Shown here one piece after another: positions 25,851 through 35,900 of a stretch of 45,372 nucleotides of DNA. The notes beneath the pieces were generated by a model. The model ran no database searches and had not been told where the DNA came from. It saw only the letters and a list, made by a program, of their open reading frames with translations. Source of the DNA: an uncultured Clostridiaceae bacterium (GTDB lineage: Bacteria > Bacillota > Clostridia > TANB77 > CAG-508). Location: the NCBI GenBank assembly GCA_947245665.1, contig CAMXOP010000002.1, positions 1 to 45,372 of the forward strand. The letters run 5' to 3'. Within the stretch, counting starts at the first letter, position 1; each line of letters begins with the position of its first letter. Both the position numbers and the translations under genes were made by a program.

Positions 25851-25878
25851 GTAGAAAAGCAGGGGGCAATTTTTCTAC
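25851..25878. terminator. Hairpin with flanking T-runs on both strands (bidirectional terminator or origin-associated stem-loop)
   Basis: GTAGAAAA (25851-25858) / TTTTCTAC (25871-25878) with the G-rich loop GCAGGGGGCAAT. On the plus strand it is followed by AAGTTTTTT. On the minus strand it is followed by CTCTTTTTTTATCTTTTTT. Confidence 0.45.
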
Positions 25879-26098
25879 AAGTTTTTTACCTTTATTTAAA
25901 AATTTTAAGCACAATAAATAAGTATCATGATTTTTAAGCAATGTGCTTTTACTACTACACCTACTAATAGGTATTTATAGCGTATACATTCGTTTTATAT
26001 CAACAAATTATTAAAAGTAATAATCTATTAATCATTAAAATCACGAGAATACGCCTTAAACTTAATAAATCATCAATATAGATAATTTTATTAAGTAA

Positions 26099-26127
26099 TA
26101 GGATAAAACTTCTTATTTTTTATCCTA
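26099..26127. other. Perfect 10-bp inverted repeat in the large non-coding gap
   Basis: TAGGATAAAA (26099-26108) / TTTTATCCTA (26118-26127), with a 9-nt loop. Confidence 0.5.
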
Positions 26128-26241
26128 CTTTGTTTTAAATACATTTATATTTTATCATTATATAATCTTTAATAAAATATAGTAAATTAATTTTTATTTT
26201 TATTTATTTTTCGTTATTTTTCAAACTTTTTTTATGAAATC

Positions 26242-26553
26242 TTAAATTTTATAATCTGAACTTATCTTACTAAATTTTTGTACTATATTCTTATACTGTT
26301 CCACAGTAACTTCATTTATTAGTATTTTTGTGCATTTTTCGTCATTATTTTGTAGTTTTTCAATATTTTTATAATATTTTAATAAATTTTGTTCAATCAT
26401 ATCAAAATCATATTCAGTATACATTCTATTTTCTATTTCTATTCCTAATTTTTCTAATATTTGTATATCTTCTTTATCTAAATATTTACTAAAATCTACA
26501 AGTTCTTTATTAAAATACTTTTGTCTCCAGTTTTCATATTCCACTTTTTCCAT
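26242..26553 (-). CDS. Hypothetical protein (about 103 aa)
   Basis: I prefer the start at MEKVEYENW (26553, RBS AAGGAAGG) to the track's 26598. Confidence 0.4.
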   Translation of the reverse strand: MEKVEYENWRQKYFNKELVDFSKYLDKEDIQILEKLGIEIENRMYTEYDFDMIEQNLLKYYKNIEKLQNNDEKCTKILINEVTVEQYKNIVQKFSKISSDYKI

Positions 26554-26692
26554 AATTCTTGTTTTTCCTTCCTTTATTATTATTATTATGACTTGCAATT
26601 TTATGATTATACCATATTTTTATATAACAGACCAGTTTTCCGGTCTATATTTCAAAAAAAAATTATTATACTTATGTATAAGGAGGTTTAGC

Positions 26693-26938
26693 ATGAAGTT
26701 ATCAGATGCAATAGATAAAAGATTAAAGTATTTTATGAAACTTAATAACATTCATTCCTGGTGGGGGTTGTATAAAGTTACTGGTGTTCCTAAATCTACT
26801 ATAAACTCAAATTTTAGTTCTAAAGAAACAAAGGCACCAAGTTTAGTTATTTTAACTCAGGTATGTAATGGTTTAAATACCAATTTACAAGATTTCTTTA
26901 ATGATGAAATGTTTAGAGATATAGATGATGATTTATAA
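26693..26938 (+). CDS. Small XRE/Cro-like HTH protein (81 aa)
   Basis: ATG 26693 is preceded by AAGGAGG. Sequence MKLSDAIDKRLKYFMKLNNIHSWWGLYKVTGVPKSTINS...LVILTQVCNGLNTNLQDFF. The track's longer 26588 start lacks an RBS. Confidence 0.55.
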   Translation: MKLSDAIDKRLKYFMKLNNIHSWWGLYKVTGVPKSTINSNFSSKETKAPSLVILTQVCNGLNTNLQDFFNDEMFRDIDDDL

Positions 26939-27183
26939 CTTTATTATTTAAAAGAGCAACTATTTTGTTGTTTCTTTTTTTAGCAATTTTATAATTATAA
27001 CTTTCAATATATTAATATCATAAATATTATAATTTTTCAATGAAAGTTACCAAAAGTGTACCTTTTTTTTAATAATTTACACTTTATTCTCCTTTATAGA
27101 ATAAAGTGCAATGTTTTTCTTTTAAAATGATTTTATTGATTTAAATACTTATGTAACAACACAACAATTTACATTCTGTTATA

Positions 27184-27444
27184 TTATTTTATTCCTACTA
27201 ACAATTCATTTGTTTCGACAATATATTTATTATCCTGAAATATATATGTTTCTCCAGTTTTATGTACTTTATAACCGATATTTGTTAATCTAGTTGCAAT
27301 TAAATCTATAGTTGCCTCTATTACACTATCTGATAATCCTAATTTTATCTTCATCTCAAAAAAACTAAATACTATTTTATTAGGATTTTGTTCTATTTTA
27401 TGTTCTATTAAATCAGTTATTTCTATTAAATTCATTTTTATCAC
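27184..27444 (-). CDS. Hypothetical protein (86 aa)
   Basis: ORF only; weak RBS. Confidence 0.35.
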   Translation of the reverse strand: MIKMNLIEITDLIEHKIEQNPNKIVFSFFEMKIKLGLSDSVIEATIDLIATRLTNIGYKVHKTGETYIFQDNKYIVETNELLVGIK

Positions 27445-27524
27445 TCTTTTCTATAAAGAAATTCTATCACAATTATGCAAAAAAATAAAGGGTATACAGA
27501 ACTTTTGTCCATATACCCTTTTTA

Positions 27525-27743
27525 TTACATTTCAATATAACATTCGTCAAGAATTTTATTTTTTTCTTCTATTGTTAGCTCTCTGTTTAGATCTTTTTGT
27601 TTTATCGCTATTTTCATACTTGATTTTTCTATTAATTTTTCAAGCTTTGGAGCAAGTATTTTACTTATCCTTTTTTCCTTCCATTCAAAGTATGTTTCAT
27701 ATATAAAAACTACTATTGCTCCTCCTAATATAAATTCTAACAT
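27525..27743 (-). CDS. Small membrane protein (72 aa)
   Basis: RBS AAGGAGGA. N-terminal TM segment MLEFILGGAIVVFIYETYF. Confidence 0.45.
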   Translation of the reverse strand: MLEFILGGAIVVFIYETYFEWKEKRISKILAPKLEKLIEKSSMKIAIKQKDLNRELTIEEKNKILDECYIEM

Positions 27744-27818
27744 ATATATATCCTCCTTATTTTTTATATATTATAAATCTTTATTAACTCCAATATCAAC
27801 TTGAGAAAAAATTTTAAT

Positions 27819-28301
27819 TTAATTAATTTTATCAATAATTTGTATTGGATATTTACATATAAGCACTTCTTTTGTAGTATTTATTAAATTTCTATCATAT
27901 TTTTCATTTTCTAATACAATTATTATTTTATCTGCTTTTGAATAATCGTTTAATTTTTTTAATACAACTTCTTGTTCAATTGTTCTTATGACTGCAATAT
28001 CACAAATCTGATTATCTAGTGTTATTATTGTAAATATAACAGGAAAATATCTACTATACATACATTCTTTTATATTATCTTTTATTACTTTTACTACATC
28101 TAATGCTATTGCTGTTCTTGTGTCTACTTTTTTCATCTTATGATGCAATAATTTTGTTTTCTCATCTAATACAATAAAATTAGCAGCAATTAAATATTTA
28201 ATATCTTGAACTGAACATCCTGTAAAATTCATTAGTTGCTCTTGAGTACAACTTTTAAATTTACTTAAAAATTGCATTATATTATTTTGATTTCTAGTCA
28301 T
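27819..28301 (-). CDS. Hypothetical protein (160 aa), possible N-terminal winged helix
   Basis: IMQFLSKFKSCTQEQLMNFTGCSVQDIKYLIAANFIV. The corrected S1-protein gene overlaps its start by 8 nt. Confidence 0.4.
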   Translation of the reverse strand: MTRNQNNIMQFLSKFKSCTQEQLMNFTGCSVQDIKYLIAANFIVLDEKTKLLHHKMKKVDTRTAIALDVVKVIKDNIKECMYSRYFPVIFTIITLDNQICDIAVIRTIEQEVVLKKLNDYSKADKIIIVLENEKYDRNLINTTKEVLICKYPIQIIDKIN

Positions 28302-29137
28302 TTATAGTTTCCCTCCTTACAGTTTTTATAAGTGAACTATAAATTTTTCTTCTTTCTGGTATTATTTTTTTTACTTTCACAATAATCATATCCCCTGGAA
28401 GTGGTGGTATTTCTAGCCAAACAGGAAGTGTTGCCATAGTATCAACTCCTTGCTTTAATGAAGCAAAAACTCCGATTATCCGAGAATCCTGTTACTGTTG
28501 CTAAATACTCTCCACCTTCTGTAAAACTTTTTCTAATATTTATGTATGGGTCTTCCTTGGTATCTTTGTGGGATATTTTTAATGTTTGTTTTTCATTGTC
28601 TATTTCTTTTACTATTACTTTTATTTTGTCCCCTACTTGGTACAAATTGTTTAAATTTGATACATATCCATATTCTAAATCGGAAATCTTTAATTTTACA
28701 TCTATTCCTAAGCATTCTACTGTAATATATTTTGGTGACACGCTTATTATTTTTGCGTATATTAGATCTCCTTTTTCGTACTTTTTTAGCTGAATACCTT
28801 TTATCCTCTCCATTGCTTTTTTTCTAGATGCTACTGCTGTATTTGTTAGCTTATCTGATTCAATTATAATAAACTTTATTTCTGAACCTATTAAATTCCT
28901 TATTGTCTTTTTATCATCTTTTTCTATTCCTAGCTCTCTCCCTGGTATAAGAACCTTTATATTTTTAAAATTTACTACTATACAATTTATATTCTCTTCT
29001 TGTATTTTTCCATCTTCTTTTGTTAGTTTAACTCTTTCGCTTTCTATTGCAATTGCTTTTCCTGAAAGTATTTTATTTTTCTCTTCTGAAGTATTTATAT
29101 TCTGCCATGCAATTTGTTTTTCTAATTCTTCTATCAT
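28294..29137 (-). CDS. Multi-S1-domain RNA-binding protein; frame broken by an extra base at 28474
   Basis: S1-like units (GDLIYAKIISVSPKYITVECLGIDVKL; VGDKIKVIVKEID). Removing the C of the CGG at 28474 restores GEYLATVTGFSDNGVFASLKQGVDTMATLP...GDMIIVKVKKI, to stop 28296-28294. The length minus 1 is 843 nt. The start overlaps the T4CP stop (ATGA). Confidence 0.65.
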
Positions 29138-30955
29138 TTTTTATTACTCCTTCCTTTTAAGAATTGTTCAAACGTCGGTAATTTTTCTATTTTTGTTTCT
29201 TCTATTTCTTGCTTTTGTATTTCACTTTGAATTATTTCTTCTACATTGAGTTTTTCTTTATATTCTTCTATTACGATTTCTTCCATTTCTTTTGAAAGTT
29301 GATGTTCAGAATAATCATATTTATTTGCAATAAGTGGCTTTTTTCCTCTTATTATTATGATTAATTTATTATTATCTAGTTTTATTAATTCATCTGGATT
29401 TATGAGATTTCTTTTAGATGTTCCTATATTAACGTTTCCATAAGTTAATTTGCCATCAAACCCATTTTCTTTTCTAATACTATTAGTTTCTACAGTAGCT
29501 ACTCCTAATAAGTCTGATACATATTCAGCTGACATAATTTCATTGCATCCCATACATAGTTTACTGTCACAATTTCCTAATAAATCTTGCCAAACATCAT
29601 TTGAATATCTATTTTTCAATTGTGCAATAGATTGGAATATAATTGCTGTATTTATACCTCTTGATCTCATTGTTGATAATTTCTTTTGAAAGTCTGGTAT
29701 TTTTCCGTATATTAGGAAATTCATCTAAAATAAAATATGTTTGGTTTTTTAAGCTTCCATTTTTATTTTTATCTGCTTGCCTTGTTAGTCTAATAAATAA
29801 AAATGAAAAGAATAAACCTGCCAAGAAATCAAATGTAGAATCCATATCGCTGCTTACACAAAAATATGCACATTTTTCTTTTCCTGGTAAATCTAAATTA
29901 ATATCTTTTTTCATTGTCATAGCTTTTATATTATCTATTTGAAAAATTTGAAGTCTTGTTGCAAGTCCTGTTACGACACTTTGTCTTACTGCTTCTGTTG
30001 CTTGTTTATATATGTTATATGATGCCTTTGTTGCTCCTTTTGAATTTTTAAATACATTATCTACTGTTTTTAAATCTCCACTTGATAATATACTATATAA
30101 ATACCCCATGTTTTTTTTATCTACATCTTCTAACTCTATTGCTACATGTAAGATAAGTGCTTTTAATAAGTTTTTCTCTGTTCTTGTCCAAAATTGATCG
30201 CCAGAATTATAACTGTCTACTTCTGTATTTGCAATAACAATCTCTGTAAATACTTGTGCATCTGTTTCTGTTTCTACTTCATAAATTGGATTCCAACAAT
30301 CACTATATTCTGGGTTTATCAGATTAAGTATTTTTACTGTATAACCTTTTTTCTTTAAATATACACATGTCTTTTTGTATAGTTCTGATTTTGGATCTGT
30401 ACAAATTAGGCTTCTACCTAACTCTGCTTGTTTTAAAATATTTATTATTGCAAATGCTCTTGATTTTTTACTCCCTGAAGAACCAAATATTGCAACATTC
30501 TTATTTAAATAAGTATTTTCAGGAAGTGAAATAGTTTTTCCGTCTTCCGTCTTTCCAAATATTAGTCCATTTTCTTTACCAATACTTAGTACTTCTTTTG
30601 CCTCTTTTATGTTAGACCAGTTTGCTGTTCCAAACGTACCATCTTTCTCTTTAAAATTAATGCCCTTATTTTCGATTTTTGCTTTTTTAATAGTAAAGTA
30701 TATGTCATAAATAGTTAAACTTAAAATAAGGGTAATTATGGCGTAAATAAGACCTATTATTTTATTGTTTACTACTACCTTTATGCAATCTATAAAATTA
30801 TTAATATTTATCACATTATAATTTTTACAAAAGCACTTTTCTAATAGTCTTATATAATTTGTTATAATTGGAATAAGTATTCTTATAGATAAAAATAAAA
30901 AAATAGGTATTGTAATCTTATTACTTAATACCTTTTTAAATATTTTGTGTTTCAC
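29134..30955 (-). CDS. VirD4/TraG-type type IV coupling protein; frame broken by an extra base at 29707
   Basis: N-terminal TM segments and a P-loop-like AIFGSSGSKKSRAF. Removing the C of the CGG at 29707 gives YFILDEFPNIGKIPDFQKKLSTMRSRGINTAIIFQSIAQLKNRY, the TraG/VirD4 signature. The length minus 1 is 1821 nt. Confidence 0.8.
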
Positions 30956-31871
30956 ATTTACCTCCTAATAAATTTTTATCAAAGGTTATAATGTTACATC
31001 TATTATCTATTAACATTTCTTGTATTTTTTGTTTATTCTCTTCTAGTGTTACAATATCTATTTTCTTTTTTGTATTTGTATTTTCTTTATAATACCAGTT
31101 TATTTTTTCTATTTTCTCTGTATTTATAAATGTCATATTTACAATATATCTGTTGTTTTCCGATAGATAATCTGCATTTTCCCAATTACTAATTAGAATT
31201 TCTTTTTGATATATATTCTCCATAATTTCGTGGTAATCAACTTCATTATATCTTTTTATAATTTGCTTATTTTCATTTGTATTTAGAATAATATATGTAT
31301 TTTCTTTACCAAATACTAGATTACTGTATTTTGTATTTATTACATCTAGTCCATCTACAAATATAATAATATTTTCACAATTTATAGCCTTATTTATATC
31401 AAACAAAAGTTGTTTTATATATACATTCACTTTTTTATTTGATATAAAATAGACTAAATATTCTTTATCTTCAACAATCATCTTGCCTATATATCTTCTT
31501 GCTGTATCTGTGAATATATTTTTATCTTTTATCTCCCAACTTGGTATAAATTGTATATTAGAATCAATTGTAATAGTTGCTATACTCGCTATATACTTTA
31601 ACCTTTCCATATAAGAAGCATTATCTTTATTTTTAATGTATGCAGTACCTGTAATTCCTAATATTTTTCTTCCATTTTTACCTAATATAATATAGCTTTT
31701 ATTTCTTTTTACATACTCTTTTGCTATAAGATTATTTATTCTTTGTCTATAATACCTCTTTGTTTTATAAATTAGACTACCATCTTCTACTTTTAACATT
31801 TTATACTTTGATAAAAATTTTAAAATCTCAATATCTTCTTTTGTTAAATTTTTGTTTTCTTTTTCTTGCAC
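30936..31871 (-). CDS. Replication-relaxation-family-like protein (N-terminal wHTH); candidate DNA-processing protein
   Basis: LTKEDIEILKFLSKYKMLKVEDGSLIY...RQRINNLIAKEYVKR resembles the Replic_Relax N-terminus. It lies directly upstream of, and overlapping, the T4CP gene. Confidence 0.4.
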   Translation of the reverse strand: MQEKENKNLTKEDIEILKFLSKYKMLKVEDGSLIYKTKRYYRQRINNLIAKEYVKRNKSYIILGKNGRKILGITGTAYIKNKDNASYMERLKYIASIATITIDSNIQFIPSWEIKDKNIFTDTARRYIGKMIVEDKEYLVYFISNKKVNVYIKQLLFDINKAINCENIIIFVDGLDVINTKYSNLVFGKENTYIILNTNENKQIIKRYNEVDYHEIMENIYQKEILISNWENADYLSENNRYIVNMTFINTEKIEKINWYYKENTNTKKKIDIVTLEENKQKIQEMLIDNRCNIITFDKNLLGGKCETQNI

Positions 31872-32028
31872 ATAAAACCTCCTATTTTTTTATGTTCAAG
31901 ACACAGTTTTTCAACAGCGTCTTAAACTATTGAAAAAATTAAAAAGTTTTTATTAAGAATTCAATAATTATCTCATCTTTTGGTATAAAATTTTTTAAAT
32001 TATTTTTTTTATAAAATTTTCATATTTT

Positions 32029-32619
32029 TTAAAACATATTTTGTAGATTTTCAATCCAATCTATCATATATTTTGCATCCATAACAAATACTTCTGTATA
32101 TGGCTTTATTGTATCATTTTTACCTAGAACCATATAAAACATATTATTAATGTTGTCATCTTTGATAACGCCTTGTATAACTAATGCATCTACAATAGGT
32201 TTTACATATTTATTGTCAATATCCATATTAGATTGATTCTCGTGTACTATTATTAAGACAAATGTTAGGTTATCTTTAAATAGTCCAGAATACTTTTCTG
32301 TACTTTTTGCAGTATTCATCATAATATTTTTATAAGCATAATTACTTACATTCTTATATTTAGGTAAAACTTCTGGTATAGTTATTTTTAAAATATCGTT
32401 TTTTAATATTGCTTTATATTCTTTATTTATAAAGTCTATTTTGTCTTGTAAATATTTATTTTGTATATCTGCTTTATTAAATAAATTATATCTAGTTTTT
32501 TCTAATTCTTTTAAAAACTTTTCTTTTTCTTTGTTGTCTATAATATTTTTGTTTAAAAGAAAATTATCCACTACATTTTTAAATTTTGTAATTTCACTAA
32601 TAAACTCTTCGTTTTGCAA
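32029..32619 (-). CDS. RusA-like Holliday-junction resolvase domain protein with an approximately 100-aa N-terminal extension
   Basis: MDIDNKYVKPIVDALVIQGVIKDDNINNM matches the RusA D-x-D-N-x-x-K...D-A-L...G...D-D core. Confidence 0.45.
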   Translation of the reverse strand: MQNEEFISEITKFKNVVDNFLLNKNIIDNKEKEKFLKELEKTRYNLFNKADIQNKYLQDKIDFINKEYKAILKNDILKITIPEVLPKYKNVSNYAYKNIMMNTAKSTEKYSGLFKDNLTFVLIIVHENQSNMDIDNKYVKPIVDALVIQGVIKDDNINNMFYMVLGKNDTIKPYTEVFVMDAKYMIDWIENLQNMF

Positions 32620-32640
32620 AATATTTCCTCCTTTAAATTA

Positions 32641-32670
32641 ATAGCGAGGCTATTTTTATAACCCCGCTAT
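32641..32670. other. GC-containing hairpin between spoVG and the RusA-like gene
   Basis: ATAGCGAGG (32641-32649) / CCCCGCTAT (32662-32670), pairing 8 of 9 bases. There is no good T-run on the minus strand, so it may be an attenuator or processing site rather than a terminator. Confidence 0.35.
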
Positions 32671-32677
32671 ATTATTT

Positions 32678-32941
32678 TTATTCTTCATTTTCTTCATCGT
32701 ATTTATTAGAAATCTCTTCTAGCATTTTCTCTCTAGTTTCATTATTAATTGGATATACAAAATTTCTTTTTATTCCTTTACCTCTTAATTTTCTTATTGG
32801 CATTAATATATATCTTCCTCTTGAATTTTCTAATAATTTTATACCATCTATAACGATACTATCTTCTACAAGTATACTTGCATAGCAAAGTAACTCCCCT
32901 CTATTAATTTTCTTAATTTTTATTTCACTAATTTTTAACAT
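32678..32941 (-). CDS. spoVG: SpoVG-family protein
   Basis: MLKISEIKIKKINRGELLCYASILVEDSIVIDGIKLLENSRGRYILMPIRK...FVYPINNETREKM parallels SpoVG. ATG 32941 follows AAGGAGGA. The track's 33028 start overlaps the adhesin gene and lacks an RBS. Confidence 0.75.
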   Translation of the reverse strand: MLKISEIKIKKINRGELLCYASILVEDSIVIDGIKLLENSRGRYILMPIRKLRGKGIKRNFVYPINNETREKMLEEISNKYDEENEE

Positions 32942-32972
32942 ATTTTGTTCCTCCTTATTTTTAATTTTATTT

Positions 32973-35900
32973 TTACATTCCTGTTCTTGGTAGTTTTTCT
33001 TCGTGCTTTTCTTCTTTTTCATATACAACTGTTGTTGTTTTACTTTCTGTTCTTGCTTCTATTCCATAGTAATTTCCTACTGTTTCTGTTTTGTTTACAA
33101 ATGTTGTTCCATTTTCTAGATTTTCTAAAACTTTGCAATATACTTTTGGTGCATTATCTTCCATAAATCCAATATCAACTTTTCCAAAGTCAAAACAGAA
33201 TTCTGTTACATATTCGTCTTCCTTAAGTTCTAATTCTTTAAAGTTCAAATCATAGTTTTCTTTTGTACTTAATTTTTCTTTGAATAAAATATATTCGTCA
33301 TATAGATTTGTTTTATAATATACATTGTAATTTAAATCTTGGTTCCATGTACCTGTACTAACACCTTTTAATCTTACATAGTCTGTTGGTAGATAATCAT
33401 ACCATCTAAAATCATCTAAATATACATTAGAACAATTTTTAATATTACTAAAATTATATTCTATTATTTCATTTGATTTTGTTTCAGTTGGTCCTTCTTT
33501 ATCCACATCAACTTCTATATCAACACCTTTATTGTCAATTGTTATTTTTACTGTTTCTTTATTTTCTTTTATTTCAACTTCGTAATATTCTTCATTTAGT
33601 ATGTAGTATACTGAGCCTGTTTTTGATTCTTTAATCATATATTTACCTTTATTTAAAAGCTTACTTGTTCCTATTCCATCTTCAGCAATTTTAATAGTAT
33701 CTACTAATTCATTATCCATATTAAATATTTCAAATTCTGCCCCAGCTAATGTTTTTTCTGGATGTTCTTTATCAACTTTTCTTATTTCAATGTAGCCTTT
33801 CTTCATTTCATTTTCAAATTGTATATCGACAATTTGATTTTCTTCTAATGTTACAGTTTGTGTTTCATCAGTTAAAACATATTCTTCCCTTGCTTCTTTT
33901 TCTACAACTGTATAGTTTTGGTCAATAGGAAGCCTTTTAGTTATAGCTACTCCTTCAGAATTAGTTGTTATAGTATCTACTACATTATTATTTTCATCTA
34001 AAATATCAAATACAACACCTTCTAGCAATACTTCATGATTATCTTTATCAACTTTAATTACTTTAATTTGTCCCTTTTTCTTTTCGTTTTCAAAAATAAT
34101 ACTCTTAATTTGATCTTGTTTTAATGTTACATTTTGAGTTTCCTCAGTTAAAACATATTCTTCTAGTGTTTCTTTTTCTACAACTGTATAATTTTGATCA
34201 ATAGGAAGTCTTCTAGTTATAGCCACTCCTTTAGAATTAGTTGTTATAGTATCTACTACATTTTTGTTTTCGTCTAAAATGTCAAAAGTTACTCCTTCTA
34301 ATACAATTGCTTTATTGTCTTTATCTAGCTTTATAACTTGAATTTGTCCTTTTTTCTTTTCATTCTCAAAAGTAAGTGTTTTTATTTGATTTGCTTCTAA
34401 TTCAATTGTTTGTGGTTGTTCATTTAGTACATAATATTCTCCTGTTTGTATCTCTTGAAGAGTTAAACTTTCATAATCTCTGACAGAATATCTTTTAGTT
34501 ATTGCTTCTCCATTTTCATTTGTTTCTATTTCTTCTAATATATTGCCATTATTGTCTAAAACTTTAAATTTAACGCCTTTTAATTTTATTTCGTTATTAT
34601 CTTTGTCTATTTTTATGATTCTGATTTGACCTTTCTTTAATTCATTTTCAATAATTGTATTTATTGTAGTATCCCACTCTACTTGTATTTGTGTTTCTTC
34701 TGCTAAGTCATACCATTTATTTGTTTCTTTTTCTATTAATTTGTAATCTCCTATGCGTAGGTTTTCAATATATATTTCTCCGATTTACATCTGTAGTATA
34801 TGTACCTATTACCTTTTGAAATTCCATGCTGTATAAATCAAACTTAACATTTCCTAGCGTTATTTTATTATTATCTTTATCTACTTTAAATACTGTTACA
34901 TTTCCCTTTTTGTGTAAGTTTGTAACAGTAATTTCCGTTGTTTTATCTTTCTGTATAGTAACATGTTTATTTTGTTCATTTAAAATATAATTGTCATCTC
35001 CTGTAGATATCTCTTTTATTCTATATTCTCCAATTGGTAAACGGCTTGTAGTGGCTTCTCCATTACTATTAGTTGTAATTGTTTCTACCACTTTATTTTC
35101 TGAATTTATGATTTCAAACTTAACATTTGCTAACTTTATTTCATTAAAATCTTCATCTAATTTTATAACCCTGATTCTTCCTTTTAGTTTTTCATTTTCT
35201 ATCTTAGTAGTAGTTGTTTTGTTCCATTCTACTTCAATATTTGTATCTTCATTTAATTTATAGTAATTTGAATTTTCTTTCGTTTCTTTTAAAATATAAT
35301 TTCCTATTTTTAAGCCTTCTATATTTATTTCACCATTTTTGTCAGTTATATATGTACCTATTAGTTTTTTATTCGAATCTAACAATTGAAATTCTACATT
35401 TGGAATTTTTATTTCGTTATTGTCTTTATCAATCTTTATAACTTTTAAATTGCCTCTTTTTAAATCATTTGTCACTTCTAAATTGCTTGTAGAATTGTAT
35501 TGTAAGCTAACATATTTACTTGATTCATCTAATATGTATTTTCCTGGTACTTCAATCTCTTTTACAATAACATTACCTTGTCTTAACTTTGAAACGCTAA
35601 TAGTTCCATTTGTATCCGTTGTATAATTTCCTATATTTTCTCCGTTTTCATATTTCAAATTAAAAGTTGCACCTACAACTGGTTTTTGTTCATCGTCCTT
35701 TTTTATAATCTTTAATGTTGATTTGTATGCATCTACATTTTGAGTTGCTCTAGCTGTAGTAACTTCGGTTGGATCTGCTATTACATAATTTTGAGTGTCA
35801 TTATTTCCAGAATTTCCGGTAAAAAATTGGGAAAGACTTTACTTTAGCGTCTTCAATATTTATATAACCAGTAAAATTATCTTTTATCTCAGTTACTGGA

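Noticed and set aside
26588-26692. The 35-codon N-terminal extension of the small HTH protein (track start 26588).
   Set aside because: It has no RBS and a hydrophobic nonsense-like sequence. ATG 26693 is preceded by AAGGAGG.
29690-29724. Programmed ribosomal frameshifting or transcriptional slippage at the T4CP junction, and by analogy at the other junctions.
   Set aside because: There is no slippery heptamer or homopolymer at the sites. The required shift would be needed in 14 unrelated genes. The common feature is a DNA-level extra C before GG, not a recoding signal.
32942-33028. Long Lys-rich N-terminal extension of SpoVG (track start 33028).
   Set aside because: The extension overlaps the adhesin 3' end and has no RBS. 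ATG 32941 has a perfect AAGGAGGA and gives the canonical SpoVG N-terminus.
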